The notes: a model not told the origin generated them from the letters alone. Shown: positions 29,057 to 39,652, numbered from the stretch's first letter. The stretch is 42,894 nt of DNA from Pseudomonadota bacterium (GCA_043825735.1 JBDRRP010000062.1:62001-104894); one strand, 5' to 3'. Numbers and translations are program-made.

Positions 29057-30526
29057 TTATCGGTTTCCCTTTTTTGCTTCATTGGCGGGCACGCCGGCAA
29101 GGGCCTTCGCCAGTTTGATCTTAGCGCCCAAATCACCCTCGCGAAAAATCATAATTCGCTGCGCCTGCGGAGAGCCGGCGCCATGCATCGATTCGACCAG
29201 GGCGGTACCACCGGTCATGGCTTCGATGAGCCGGCCGATTTTTATCCGGTCCTCAACAGGTATTCCGTCAACGCCTGAGAAATATTTACTCACCAGATGG
29301 CCGACGTCATCGCTTCGCAGATCATATTCGCTTGGCAGCGTTGCAATAAATCCGCCGGCCAGGTCAACGGCCAGCCGCGCGACCTCAAAATGAAACCGGG
29401 TGACATTCTGCTTGCACACATTCGCCAGCATCGTATTGACCAGAAATGCGCCCGAGGCCGTCGGAGCCCCCTCTACCGAACAGGCCAGGGAAGAGCTGTA
29501 CAGCGTCTCACTCAAGTGGATCATCTCGGTGATCTTGTCTCTGACGTGTGAGCCTTTGGAAGTCCCCTGGATCTGGCACAGATAACTCACGGCACCGGTC
29601 AAAACATCCATCAGTCCGGTCTTGCAGGCGCCATAGTTCGCCCGGTGATGGGCGGCAAAGCGGTATACGATATCTCCGGTGAAGGCCACCTCGCCATCGA
29701 GAAAGACCCGTTCGTAAGGGACGAAGACGTCATCGAAAACGATGGCCGCTTCCCCGCCGACGGCACCGAATGTGGGCTTGCCCACATCGATACGCTCCAA
29801 GTTGTCTCTGCGATCGTCCCCGGCCTGGCGCCCGAAGATCATTGTGATTCCGGGGGCGTCCACCGGAATTGCGCAAACGAAGGCGTAGTCCTTGGACTTT
29901 TCGTCCATCGCCATGGTCGGCATGATTAAAATCTCATGGGAGTTGACGGCGCCGGTCATGTGAAGCTTCGCCCCGCGGATGACGATGCCGTCATCGCGCC
30001 GCTGGGCGATGTGAACGAATTGATCCGGATCCACCTGATCGACCGGACTTTTGGAGCGGTCTCCTTTCGGGTCTGTCATCGCGCCGACCACCATCAGATT
30101 TTCGTCCTGAATGCGGATCAGCCATTTCTTGAAACGCTCCAGATAGCCCGTGCCGTGCTTAGCATCGACCTCATAGGCGACGGAGTAAACCGCATTGATG
30201 CCGTCAAAGCCCACGCATCGCTGAAAACAGGTTCCGGTCTTCTGCCCCAGCAGCCGGAGCAGTTTAACTTTCTTGATCAGATCCTCGATATTTTGATGCA
30301 CGTGCGTGAATCGACTGATGGTTCTGCCGGTCAGGTGGGATGTGGCGGTTGCCAGGTCTTTAGAGTCCTCACGGTTGGCCAGCGAGTAAGTCATCGCCGC
30401 GGCCCGCACATGCGGCGCGGTGGCCGGATGGGTGACGACATCGTTTATTCTCTGGCCTTTGTAGTAAATGACCGGGCTGATTTTTTGCAGGCTGGCCTGA
30501 TAATCTGCACCGCTGTTGATTCTCAT
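29057..30526 (-). CDS. abfD: 4-hydroxybutyryl-CoA dehydratase (FAD/[4Fe-4S]), canonical type
   Basis: TCFQRCVGFD, AMTDPKGDRS, GAKLHMTG, GGEA, HRANYGACKTG and ESMHGAGSPQAQR. Confidence 0.88.
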   Translation of the reverse strand: MRINSGADYQASLQKISPVIYYKGQRINDVVTHPATAPHVRAAAMTYSLANREDSKDLATATSHLTGRTISRFTHVHQNIEDLIKKVKLLRLLGQKTGTCFQRCVGFDGINAVYSVAYEVDAKHGTGYLERFKKWLIRIQDENLMVVGAMTDPKGDRSKSPVDQVDPDQFVHIAQRRDDGIVIRGAKLHMTGAVNSHEILIMPTMAMDEKSKDYAFVCAIPVDAPGITMIFGRQAGDDRRDNLERIDVGKPTFGAVGGEAAIVFDDVFVPYERVFLDGEVAFTGDIVYRFAAHHRANYGACKTGLMDVLTGAVSYLCQIQGTSKGSHVRDKITEMIHLSETLYSSSLACSVEGAPTASGAFLVNTMLANVCKQNVTRFHFEVARLAVDLAGGFIATLPSEYDLRSDDVGHLVSKYFSGVDGIPVEDRIKIGRLIEAMTGGTALVESMHGAGSPQAQRIMIFREGDLGAKIKLAKALAGVPANEAKKGNR

Positions 30527-30536
30527 CGTCTATTCC

Positions 30537-31553
30537 TTACTTTAAATGATCTTGTGTGACCGGTCTTTCGATGATCACTTTTCCGTAGCTCTTTCTTCCG
30601 GACAGCGCCGACAGCGCCTTTTGAAGTTCAGCGAATGGATAGATGCGGTAAATCACCGGCTTTATTTTGCCGGAAGTGTACAAATGACAAAGATCTTTTT
30701 GCGTTTTTTCGATGATCAATGGATTGAACTGCCGGTAATTTCCCCAGAACAACCCGATGATATCGATGTTTTTAAGCAAAATACGATTTGCCGCAATTGA
30801 CGGAATCCGGCCTGAAGCAAACCCGATCACGACAATTCGCCCTTCAAATGCGATGCACTTGGTGCTCTCCTCGAAAACCGTTCCGCCAACCGGGTCGAAG
30901 ATCACATCGACACCGCGTCCTTCGGTTATTTCCAGGGTTCTTTGCGCGAAATTCTCTGTCCGGTAATTGATTGCCGCCTCGGCGCCGCAGCGCAAACAAA
31001 CCTCCAGTTTTTCATCGCTGCCGGCCGTGGCGATGACCCGGGCGCCCAGCGCACGACCGATCTGAATGGCGGCGGTGCCGACCCCACCCGCACCGGCATG
31101 AACCAGCAGAAACTCACCGCTCGCCAGCCGGGCGCGGTGAACCAGCGCCACATGGGCCGTCTGGTAAATCAACTGAAAGGCCGCGGCGTCATCGAAAGGC
31201 ATTTCCGCGGGCAGCTCAAATGTCTTTTCCGGATGCACGGTCATATATTCGGCGCAGGCCCCGTTTCCCACCGTCATCACGCGATCGCCGACCTGGAAGG
31301 GGGAATTCGGCGCCGTTTCGATGACGCGGCCGGCCGCTTCGACACCGGGGATGAACGGCAAGGGACTCTTCTCCTGATATTTTCCGGCGATGGACAACAC
31401 ATCGAGAAAGTTGAGCCCAATGGCCGCCACACGGATAATGGCCTCACTGCCTGTCGGACTTGGCGGCGGGCACCGATCCAGACAAAGGGCCTTTTCAAAT
31501 TCGCCGTATTGGTGAACCCGCCACGCCGTCATCGTTTCCGGTTTCATCGTCAT
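30537..31553 (-). CDS. Zn-independent MDR reductase (NADPH:quinone oxidoreductase/enoyl reductase-like)
   Basis: GLNFLD, PFIPGVEAAG, HAGAGGVG, DPVGG and YGKVII. No Zn-Cys cluster. Confidence 0.88.
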   Translation of the reverse strand: MTMKPETMTAWRVHQYGEFEKALCLDRCPPPSPTGSEAIIRVAAIGLNFLDVLSIAGKYQEKSPLPFIPGVEAAGRVIETAPNSPFQVGDRVMTVGNGACAEYMTVHPEKTFELPAEMPFDDAAAFQLIYQTAHVALVHRARLASGEFLLVHAGAGGVGTAAIQIGRALGARVIATAGSDEKLEVCLRCGAEAAINYRTENFAQRTLEITEGRGVDVIFDPVGGTVFEESTKCIAFEGRIVVIGFASGRIPSIAANRILLKNIDIIGLFWGNYRQFNPLIIEKTQKDLCHLYTSGKIKPVIYRIYPFAELQKALSALSGRKSYGKVIIERPVTQDHLK

Positions 31554-31566
31554 GGGGTGCTTTCTT

Positions 31567-32760
31567 TCATCCCGATGCGGAGCTATCGCCTCGTTTTTTC
31601 CCCAAAAGCCTAAGGGCGGCCCGGCAATAAATCTCAACACCGGTGAGAAGAACGTTCTCCGGGAAGTCAAACCGCGGGTTGTGAAGCGGCGCGCAGTTCT
31701 TTCGCCCGATCCCGAGGAAGAAAAAGCATCCTTTCGATCGTTCCAGAAAAAACGACATGTCTTCGCCACCCATCGTGGGTTCCGGCTCGACAACGTTGTC
31801 CGGTCCCACAACAGCCCCGGCAACGGCTCTGATCTCATCGGCCATCCACGCGTCGTTGACGGTCACGGGATACCCCTGCTGGTAATCAAGCACGTAGGTG
31901 GCACCCATCGCCTGGCAAATACCCTTGACCACCGCATCGATCCGCTGAGGCCACGATGCCCAGATGCCCGGGTCGAAGGTTCTCGTCGTGCCACTCAGGT
32001 GCGCCTCCGAAGCAATGATATTGAAGGTGGTTCCGGAGTGAAACTGGCCGACGGTCACAACCGTCGGTTGCAGCGGGTTCATGTGGCGGCTGACGATGCG
32101 CTGCAGCGCATTGACGATCTGGGTGCCGACATCGAGGGCATCGACGCAAAGATGGGGCATGGCGCCGTGCCCGCCCCGGCCGGTGATCGTGAGGTCGAAT
32201 CGATCCATGGCGGCCATGAGCGGCCCCGCCTTGACCCCGACCAGGCCTTCGTCGACTCCGGGCCACAGGTGGCATCCGAGCGCGTAATCGACGTGCGGGT
32301 TCTCCATCACCCCTTCGTCGATCATCGGTTTTGCCCCGCCGGGGCCTTCTTCTGCGGGTTGGAAAACGTAATTGATTTGTCCTGACAGGCGATCGGACAA
32401 TTCGGACAGTACGGTTGCCGCCCCCAATACCATGGACATGTGACCGTCGTGCCCACAGGCATGCATGGCACCGTTGTGGGTGGAGACGAACGGCAGACCG
32501 GTTTCTTCCGCTACGGGCAGCGCATCCAGCTCACTTCGCAGCATCAATGTTTCCCCGGGTTCGGAAAATCGCTGCGCGCCGAGAACACCGAACCGGGCGA
32601 TGCCGGTTTGAACCGCCAATCCGAGATGGCCCAAACGGTCTGCAACATAGGCCGCCGTTTTTGATTCAGTATACGCCGTCTCCGGAATCCGGTGAAGATC
32701 ACGTCGAAATTGAACGATCTTTTCGCGATGCTTTCCAATCAGGGCTTTTATATCGTCCAT
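31567..32760 (-). CDS. M20D amidohydrolase (hippuricase/N-acyl-amino acid hydrolase-like)
   Basis: RRDLHRIPE, MHACGHDGH, FQPAEE, GGHGAMPH, GGEDM and LHNP. Confidence 0.92.
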   Translation of the reverse strand: MDDIKALIGKHREKIVQFRRDLHRIPETAYTESKTAAYVADRLGHLGLAVQTGIARFGVLGAQRFSEPGETLMLRSELDALPVAEETGLPFVSTHNGAMHACGHDGHMSMVLGAATVLSELSDRLSGQINYVFQPAEEGPGGAKPMIDEGVMENPHVDYALGCHLWPGVDEGLVGVKAGPLMAAMDRFDLTITGRGGHGAMPHLCVDALDVGTQIVNALQRIVSRHMNPLQPTVVTVGQFHSGTTFNIIASEAHLSGTTRTFDPGIWASWPQRIDAVVKGICQAMGATYVLDYQQGYPVTVNDAWMADEIRAVAGAVVGPDNVVEPEPTMGGEDMSFFLERSKGCFFFLGIGRKNCAPLHNPRFDFPENVLLTGVEIYCRAALRLLGKKRGDSSASG

Positions 32761-32790
32761 TAGGATGGTTCCTGTCGAAATGATAATGAT

Positions 32791-32821
32791 CGGCCGGCAC
32801 CCCATTTCGAGGCGCCGGCCG
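32791..32821 (-). terminator. GC-rich hairpin just after dctP (terminator or mRNA stabiliser)
   Basis: CGGCCGGC...GCCGGCCG stem, with no clear U-tract. Confidence 0.45.
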
Positions 32822-32829
32822 AAGTTTCA

Positions 32830-33885
32830 CTATATACGTCCGGTCATTTTCAACAGGTCTTTAAGCAGCTGACCCGCTTTTGCACAATATTTGGGATCTT
32901 TTTTGGAGTATTCGTCGACGACTTCGATGGAAAACTTGCGCAGTTGGGCGACGGTGTCTGCGTCCATATGGGACAGCTCGCCCATCTTCTTTTCCTGGAA
33001 CGTGTTGATATCCAGAATGTCATTGTATCCCGACCATCTGAGAAAATCAGTCCCGCAAGAGTTGGCACACTCTTCCACGATCGCCTTGAAATCGGCCGGT
33101 AGCGCGTCCCACTTCTTGCTGTTCATGATGATTTCGCCGTTGTTGATATTGGCCAGATACGGCATCACGATGTATTTGGTGACTTCCTGAAATTTCATAT
33201 CCCACGCGGTGGAAACCGTACCCCAGTGGGCGCCGTCGCAGACACCTGTCTGAAGGGCCTGATAGATTTCTTCTCCTGGGAAAAAGACCGGTGTGGCGCC
33301 GGCTTTCTGGAAAACCTGAGCGGCGATGCCCGTGCTTCTGACCTTGAATCCCTTGAAATCGTCCAGCGTGTGGATCGGTTTTCTGGAATAGAGCGCAAGG
33401 CCGGTCATCGGCAGCGGGGCAACGAACCGGACGCCGTTTTCCCCGTAGGCTTCTCTGAAGATCTCGATAGCGCCCATATCGTAGAAATAGGCATACATTT
33501 CAGCCACGGTCTCCCAGGAAAACAGCTGGCCGTTGATATGCCCCGCCACCGGAATCTTGCCGATCCAGTAGGCCGGCCAGATGAGGGAAATTTCGAACAG
33601 GCCGCGCCCAAGGGCTTCGAACACGTCCTTGGTGGGGACAATGGCGCCGGGCGGCAGCGGCGTAATGTCCAGTTCCCCGTCAGTGGCCGCTCTGACGCGA
33701 TCACAGAACCGCACATAGACGTCCTTGTAGTAGCCAACGCCGGTCGGCCAGTGTGTCTGCATGCGCCATTTGTACTTGGCCTTCGAGCTCGCGCGAGCTA
33801 CTCTCGGCATCATCGCTGCTGCACCGGCTGCCGCTGCAGCCATTCCGGCCTTGATCACTTTCCGCCTGCTGATGTTCTCTGCCAT
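32830..33885 (-). CDS. dctP: TRAP transporter substrate-binding protein with Tat signal
   Basis: SRRKVIK twin-arginine signal, WRMQT, KVRS (carboxylate-binding Arg) and EIYQALQTGVCD. Confidence 0.9.
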   Translation of the reverse strand: MAENISRRKVIKAGMAAAAAGAAAMMPRVARASSKAKYKWRMQTHWPTGVGYYKDVYVRFCDRVRAATDGELDITPLPPGAIVPTKDVFEALGRGLFEISLIWPAYWIGKIPVAGHINGQLFSWETVAEMYAYFYDMGAIEIFREAYGENGVRFVAPLPMTGLALYSRKPIHTLDDFKGFKVRSTGIAAQVFQKAGATPVFFPGEEIYQALQTGVCDGAHWGTVSTAWDMKFQEVTKYIVMPYLANINNGEIIMNSKKWDALPADFKAIVEECANSCGTDFLRWSGYNDILDINTFQEKKMGELSHMDADTVAQLRKFSIEVVDEYSKKDPKYCAKAGQLLKDLLKMTGRI

Positions 33886-34012
33886 TTTTCTTTTCCTCCA
33901 GTAACAGGTTAAATTTACTTCAGCCCATCCTCAACAGTTAATCCCGCATGTTCATACGTTGCCCACCGATCACGAACGGGTGGCCACTTTCGTTCTCACG
34001 CTCGACCCTGCG

Positions 34013-35677
34013 CTACCGATCCCTGAGTTCACGGCGAAGCATTTTTCCGGTCATGGTTTTGGGCACATCATCTATAATTTCAACGATGTGCGGATACTTG
34101 TAAGCCGCCAGCCGTTCCTTGCAAAACTGGATCAATTCCTCAGGAGTGGTTTTTCCTTCAAATCCGTCACTCAGCGAAACAAACGCCTTGACCGTCTCAC
34201 CCCGGTAGCTGTCCGGCACGCCGACCACCGCGGCCTCCTTGACCGCCGGATGCTGATACAGGACATCCTCCACATCACGCGGCCACACCTTGAACCCGGA
34301 AACGTTGATGAGGTCTTTTTTGCGATCGACGATGTAGCACCATCCGGCGGCATCGATCTTGGCCACGTCCCCGGTATGGAATCGTCCGTCGCGGATGGCA
34401 GCGGCCGTCTCTTCCGGCTTTTGCCAATACCCGCTGACGATACTCGGTCCGCGAAGAACCAGTTCGCCTTCTTCACCGGGAGGCATCACGACCTCCGGGT
34501 GATCCACATCCACGACCCAGGCTTCGATCCCCGGAATGATCAGTCCCACCGACAGTGCCCCGCTGGCTTCATCCACCGGACCGCTGTGCCCTAACGGGGT
34601 AATGGTGGCCGGCGAAGCACTTTCGGTCAGTCCGTAAACGTTGTGAATGCTCAGTCCCATCGCCTCCTTGAATTTCTCAACGGTGCTGGGGGATACCGGC
34701 GCACCGCCGCTGTAAGCCTTTTGAAAATGAGAAATGTTAAAGGATTTCAAGTCGGGATGGTTGAGCAGCGCGATATAGACCGTAATCGCGGCAACCGTGA
34801 AGGTGACATGATGCTTCTCGATCAGCCCCAGCACATCCCGCGCATCGAACCGGTTGAAAAGAACCACGGGGATTCCCATGTGAAAGGCGATAGCCAGATG
34901 GGCCACGATGCCGGTAATGTGAAACAGGGGCGCAACGCCCAGCACCACATCGGAGGGCTCCAGACGCACGGTCGATTCGTAGACCAGACAGTTGTGATGA
35001 ATGTTGGCGTGGGAGATCATGGCCCCTTTCGGAGGGCCGGTCGTTCCCGACGTATAAACCAGGTACGCCAGATCGGCGGGTGCCGGAGAAACCGATGCAA
35101 CGCGGCGTCCGGAGTAATCGGCGATCAGCGTCATGAAGTCGAAGGTATTCTCGAAGGTCTTTTTTTCCACGGTTTTCAGTTGCTGCGGAATGTCGTCTCC
35201 GAAAGCCACCAGATCGAGCGGTGATGTGGTGATCACGGTGCGGTCTCCTGCCGCAGCACGCACCGTCTTTTCGTAAAGCACCTCTTCGCAGATGACATAC
35301 CGCGCGCCGCTGTCCGAAAGCAGATGACTCAGGTCCTTGGTGGTGTACATGGGATTTACCGGAACGACGATGCCGCCGCGCATCCACACCGCGATAGCGC
35401 CGATGATGGCCTGGGGAATGTTCTGGAGTACGAAAAGGATGCGATCTCCCGGCGCCACCCCTTTTTCTGACAATGCCGCCGCAAGCGGCTCCGCCATCTT
35501 CGCCACTTCGGCAAAACTGTAACGCGTTTGGAAGTAGTAGATGCAAGGCGCGTCCGGATACCTGGCAACGGCCCGCTCGAATTTTGCAAGCACGCTTTCC
35601 GGTACCGTTGAAAAATCCGGGGCGAACCACGCGGGGTAGGTTTTCAGCCACGGTTGATCATCATAATATCGGGTCAT
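34013..35677 (-). CDS. Acyl-CoA synthetase (long-chain fatty acid-CoA ligase family)
   Basis: YTSGTTGPPKG, YGLTE, FHTGD, DRKKDLI and KTMTGK. GGAGG RBS before ATG 35677. Confidence 0.92.
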   Translation of the reverse strand: MTRYYDDQPWLKTYPAWFAPDFSTVPESVLAKFERAVARYPDAPCIYYFQTRYSFAEVAKMAEPLAAALSEKGVAPGDRILFVLQNIPQAIIGAIAVWMRGGIVVPVNPMYTTKDLSHLLSDSGARYVICEEVLYEKTVRAAAGDRTVITTSPLDLVAFGDDIPQQLKTVEKKTFENTFDFMTLIADYSGRRVASVSPAPADLAYLVYTSGTTGPPKGAMISHANIHHNCLVYESTVRLEPSDVVLGVAPLFHITGIVAHLAIAFHMGIPVVLFNRFDARDVLGLIEKHHVTFTVAAITVYIALLNHPDLKSFNISHFQKAYSGGAPVSPSTVEKFKEAMGLSIHNVYGLTESASPATITPLGHSGPVDEASGALSVGLIIPGIEAWVVDVDHPEVVMPPGEEGELVLRGPSIVSGYWQKPEETAAAIRDGRFHTGDVAKIDAAGWCYIVDRKKDLINVSGFKVWPRDVEDVLYQHPAVKEAAVVGVPDSYRGETVKAFVSLSDGFEGKTTPEELIQFCKERLAAYKYPHIVEIIDDVPKTMTGKMLRRELRDR

Positions 35678-35699
35678 CGGTATCCTCCGTGATCGGTCT

Positions 35700-36464
35700 T
35701 CAGGCAACGGTCCATCCGCCGTCAATCGCGATGCTCTGGCCGGTGATGAAATCGGAGGCAGGGCTTGCCAGAAAAACGACGATCCCTTCAATTTCCTCCA
35801 GCCGCCCCCATCGTCCCATGGGAGTCCGCGCATTGATGAAGGCGAGTCGCTCCGGATCATTGGCGATCTGCTTGACCATCTCTGTTTCAAAATAGGTCGG
35901 CGCGATGGCATTGACCCGAACGCCCAGTTTGGCCCACTCCAGCGCCATGATTTTTGTCATCTGGTCGACGCCGCCCTTGGCCGAGGCGTACGCGAGCTGA
36001 TTGATGATGCCGATTCGCCCCAGGATGGAGCTCATGTTGATGACCTTGCCGTAGCCGTTGGCGATCATTTGAGGGACCACGGCCTGAGCCACCAGGTAAT
36101 ACCCCTTGAGATTGGTGTTGATAACCCGGTCCCACTCCTCTTCGGGGTACTCTAAAATCGGCACCCGGTAGTTGGTCCCGGCATTGTTGAGCAAAATGTC
36201 GACTCGCCCGAAATGTTTCAAGATGGCCGCGACCCCCTGCCGCACGGTTTCGGTTGAAGTGACTTCCAGAACAAAGCCGGCCGCACGCACGCCGGTGGCT
36301 TTGATTCTGTCAACGACGCGATCGATGTCGGCGCGGTTACGGCCGCAGATCGCTACATCCGCACCCGCCGCTGCCAGCGCCAGTGCCGCCACTTCGCCAA
36401 GGCCCTTTGAACTGCCGGTCACCATGGCGACCTTGCCTTTAAGGCTGAATGCTTCCAAGCTCAT
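35700..36464 (-). CDS. Classical SDR oxidoreductase with intact catalytic motifs
   Basis: TGSSKGLG, NNAG, Ser and YASAK. A basic residue after beta2 (CGRN) suggests NADP(H). Confidence 0.92.
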   Translation of the reverse strand: MSLEAFSLKGKVAMVTGSSKGLGEVAALALAAAGADVAICGRNRADIDRVVDRIKATGVRAAGFVLEVTSTETVRQGVAAILKHFGRVDILLNNAGTNYRVPILEYPEEEWDRVINTNLKGYYLVAQAVVPQMIANGYGKVINMSSILGRIGIINQLAYASAKGGVDQMTKIMALEWAKLGVRVNAIAPTYFETEMVKQIANDPERLAFINARTPMGRWGRLEEIEGIVVFLASPASDFITGQSIAIDGGWTVA

Positions 36465-36574
36465 GAGATTCCCTCCAACGGTTTTTCTATTCTTATTGGA
36501 TAACCGGTCATCGGCAAAACCGGTGACACATCATTGCGGACAAAGGCCGCGATGTAGATCGTTGCGTCAGCCGT

Positions 36575-37090
36575 TTATCCTCCTACTGGCGGTGCGATGA
36601 TGACGAGTTTTCTGGACTGCCGCAGGACGCCCTTGACGATGCTTCCGAGCATTGCTTCTGAAATGGCGCCTCGCCGGGTGGATCCCATGACGATGGCATC
36701 GCAATCGAGGTCATCGGCCGTTGTAATGATCGATTCGATCACATTTCCCTCCACCACGATGACCTGCCCTTCCACAACACCCTGCCCGGACTGCCGTGCG
36801 TGCTCGAAAGCGGTTTCGCAGAACCGGCCCAACTCGGTTTGGATCGCGGACATCTCGCGCCGTTTTCCGATGAGTTTGCTCCTGGCGCTGTCTTCCGTAA
36901 GCTTCCTTATCTTCTCGATCATTTCATCGTCCATGAATCCCTTGGCACTCATGGGCACGTCCTCCATCACGTAAAGGAATACGAGGCTGGCACAGAACCG
37001 GCTGGCGATGGTCGCTGCGTATTGGAAGGCGTGTTTTGAGTTTTCGGACAAATCGGAAGTGAATAGAATTTTATCGATTTTTGGATACAT
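36575..37090 (-). CDS. Universal stress protein (single domain)
   Basis: KILFTSDLSENS..IVMGS..LGSIVKGVLR. Confidence 0.88.
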   Translation of the reverse strand: MYPKIDKILFTSDLSENSKHAFQYAATIASRFCASLVFLYVMEDVPMSAKGFMDDEMIEKIRKLTEDSARSKLIGKRREMSAIQTELGRFCETAFEHARQSGQGVVEGQVIVVEGNVIESIITTADDLDCDAIVMGSTRRGAISEAMLGSIVKGVLRQSRKLVIIAPPVGG

Positions 37091-37152
37091 AAAGTGCCTC
37101 TCATAGTAACACGGTAGTGGTCGATCGATGTGCAAACGAACGGATGCCCCGT

Positions 37153-37707
37153 CTATGGGGCTGGCGCGTCTGTCACTTTCCGGCCCTGGGCCGCTTCTTC
37201 GGCCAGAATGATTTCGGCGGCCCATCGGGCGGCTTTTCCAACGACCCTGGGGCACTTCTCGGAGTGCCCCCCGGCGTCAATAAACTGCTTGAACTCATCG
37301 GGCCGGGTCAGCCGGTAGGTCCGGCCCATCACCTGATGGTGGATCTTGCCGCAGATCGAGGATCCGTACTCGGCGACAAACTGCGCTTGCAGCCGTTCGG
37401 CCAGCCGGTAGCTCACAAACCGCTTGCCGTCGGGGTCCTTTATATTCTGCAATTCCCTGCCGTAAAAAAGGCTGATCCCCATAACGCCGCCGGTCAGACC
37501 GCCGCAGGAGCCTTCCACCGAAAGCCCCACTCCGCCGGCCAAACCCGTTGCGCTCTTGAATGCCTCGGGGTTTCGAATCTGGGGAAAGGTTTCCATCAAA
37601 ACGGCAAGGACGCACTGTGCACAGCCATGATAGTCTTTTTCAAACCGGGCGGCCTTCGCCTCAACATCATCGAGCAGTTCCATCTCAGAGCGGTATCTGG
37701 TTTTCAT
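37153..37707 (-). CDS. C_GCAxxG_C_C family putative redox protein
   Basis: GCAQCV, GGVG..GSCGGLTGG, SICG and EKC cysteine pattern. Confidence 0.85.
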   Translation of the reverse strand: MKTRYRSEMELLDDVEAKAARFEKDYHGCAQCVLAVLMETFPQIRNPEAFKSATGLAGGVGLSVEGSCGGLTGGVMGISLFYGRELQNIKDPDGKRFVSYRLAERLQAQFVAEYGSSICGKIHHQVMGRTYRLTRPDEFKQFIDAGGHSEKCPRVVGKAARWAAEIILAEEAAQGRKVTDAPAP

Positions 37708-37779
37708 CCGGTCATCTCCACTGTTGTCAGGTGCCGAACTGCGAGGGGCAAGTTGAATGTCATTTTCAACACCGGCGCT

Positions 37780-39090
37780 TTAATTGGGGACCATGATGTT
37801 GGGCAGCCAGGTGATGATCGAAGGAAAGATCATCATTACGAGCAAACAGAAGGTCATGATGCCGATAAAGGGAACGACGCTCATGAAAATGGCCTTCATG
37901 TCGGTATCCGGGCTCAACGACTTGAGGTAGAAAAGATTGTAGCCGAATGGCGGCGTGATGTAGCCGATACACAGCGCGATGTTGAAAATGACGCCGTACC
38001 AGATCGGGTCGTAACCGAGTCCCTGAACCACCGGGTAAAAAATCGGCAGGCACAGCAGGATGATCCCCATGGGGTCCAAAAACATCCCCAGTATGAGGAT
38101 GGCGAACTGAAGAATCAAAATCATGACCCAGGGGCTGACATCGATCCCAAGGAGCATGTTCTGGACAAAATAGATGCCGCCTCCGCCGCTGTATATGGCC
38201 ACGAACCCCGAGGCTCCGAACATGATCCACAGAACCATTCCGGTGATGCTGGCGGTCTGATAGGCGACTTCCTTCAGAAATTTTACGGTGCACTCGCCCC
38301 GGATCACGACACAGAGCAAGACTGCCAGCGCGCCAACCGAAGATGCCTCAGTGGGCGTGGCGATGCCGAAAAAGAGCGACCCCAGGATGGACAGGATGAT
38401 CAGTACCGGCAGCGCCACCGACTTGAGTGCGGTTATTTTTTGCTTTATGGTGACCGTTTCTTCAATTGCCGGGCACATCGTCGGATCAATATAGGCCCGG
38501 ATGACGATGTAGGCGATGAAACACGCGACGATCACCAAACCGGCGACCAGACCGCCGGCAAAGAGTTTGCCGATGGATTGACCGGTCATCATGCCGATGA
38601 CGATCAGGGTGATGCTGGGTGGAATGAGAATACCCATGGTGCCGGCAGAACCGATGGAGCCGAAGATGATGGACTCATGGTAATTTCGACGACGCATGGG
38701 GGGGATCGCCACCAGCCCTGTGGTCACCGTCGATGCCGAGCAGTTGCCGGTCATGGCCGACAGGGCGGCTGCGAAACAGCATGTGCCCACCGCCAGTCCG
38801 CCCCTCAGGCGACCAGACCAGAGATAAAACGCCTCGTACATGTCTTCAGCGATTTTTGACTTGGACAGTGCCACTCCGATGAAGACAAACAGTGGCACCG
38901 CTGCCAGCAGCAGCATCCACATGTAGTTGAACACACCCGTGACGATCGGCATCCATCCATCCGGGCCCCACATCAGATAGGCCGTTATCGTACCGACTGC
39001 GCCTAAAGCAAAGGCCAGTGACACCCCGAACATGATACTCAAGATCAGGGAGCCGAACATCCCAATAGTCAGCAGCAGTTCAGTACTCAT
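37780..39090 (-). CDS. dctM: TRAP transporter large permease
   Basis: AVPLFVFIG, AGTMGILIPPS, ATPTEAS and ITPPFG. Confidence 0.92.
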   Translation of the reverse strand: MSTELLLTIGMFGSLILSIMFGVSLAFALGAVGTITAYLMWGPDGWMPIVTGVFNYMWMLLLAAVPLFVFIGVALSKSKIAEDMYEAFYLWSGRLRGGLAVGTCCFAAALSAMTGNCSASTVTTGLVAIPPMRRRNYHESIIFGSIGSAGTMGILIPPSITLIVIGMMTGQSIGKLFAGGLVAGLVIVACFIAYIVIRAYIDPTMCPAIEETVTIKQKITALKSVALPVLIILSILGSLFFGIATPTEASSVGALAVLLCVVIRGECTVKFLKEVAYQTASITGMVLWIMFGASGFVAIYSGGGGIYFVQNMLLGIDVSPWVMILILQFAILILGMFLDPMGIILLCLPIFYPVVQGLGYDPIWYGVIFNIALCIGYITPPFGYNLFYLKSLSPDTDMKAIFMSVVPFIGIMTFCLLVMMIFPSIITWLPNIMVPN

Positions 39091-39586
39091 ATTTGACCCC
39101 CTTGATCAGCGTGAAGATAGAAACGATCAGATGATTCACTCCCTGGAGGGTGATCAACACGACACCGACGACCAACAGAAATTTGACGGGGTAGACCGGA
39201 TGCGCCAGCACCATCTCATCGGCTTCTCTGATGGCCCATGAACTGGCGAAAAACGACATTCCTTCGCGAAGCAGCACGGAAGTCCAGATGAGCAGCATGA
39301 TATAGTTCAGAATATCGAAAAACGCGCGCTTTCTCAGAGAGAATCGCTGATAGAGGATGTCTATGCGCACATGCCCGTTTTTCAGGAGCGTGTAGGCGCC
39401 GATGAGAACGAAATAACTGCCGAAGAGTCTTTGAGAATAGCCGTGCGCCCAGACCGTGGGCGATGAAAAGAAGTATCGGGCGATCACCTCGAAGACCAGC
39501 ATGATGATGCCGATGTAGACGAGAAAAGAGCAGATTCTGCCCGACCATTCACTGATACTGTCGATGGCGCGTAAAAATTTGCGCAT
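39080..39586 (-). CDS. dctQ: TRAP transporter small permease
   Basis: Four TM helices, EVIARYFF..PT.WA and HVRIDI. Overlaps dctM. Confidence 0.9.
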   Translation of the reverse strand: MRKFLRAIDSISEWSGRICSFLVYIGIIMLVFEVIARYFFSSPTVWAHGYSQRLFGSYFVLIGAYTLLKNGHVRIDILYQRFSLRKRAFFDILNYIMLLIWTSVLLREGMSFFASSWAIREADEMVLAHPVYPVKFLLVVGVVLITLQGVNHLIVSIFTLIKGVKYEY

Positions 39587-39652
39587 TACCTTATTTCTCC
39601 CCCCCTTTTGCCATTGAATACAACCTGCCGGCCTCTAACCGTTGCCGTGTCC

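Noticed and set aside
29057..30526. 4-hydroxyphenylacetate 3-monooxygenase (HpaB) annotation for the AbfD-family genes
   Set aside because: Same fold, but the CxxRC and HxxxYxxC Fe-S ligands and the anaerobic context point to 4-hydroxybutyryl-CoA dehydratase.
37117..38859. 580-aa plus-strand ORF
   Set aside because: Antisense shadow of dctM and the C_GCAxxG_C_C gene, with no recognisable motifs. Such ORFs are common opposite GC-rich genes.
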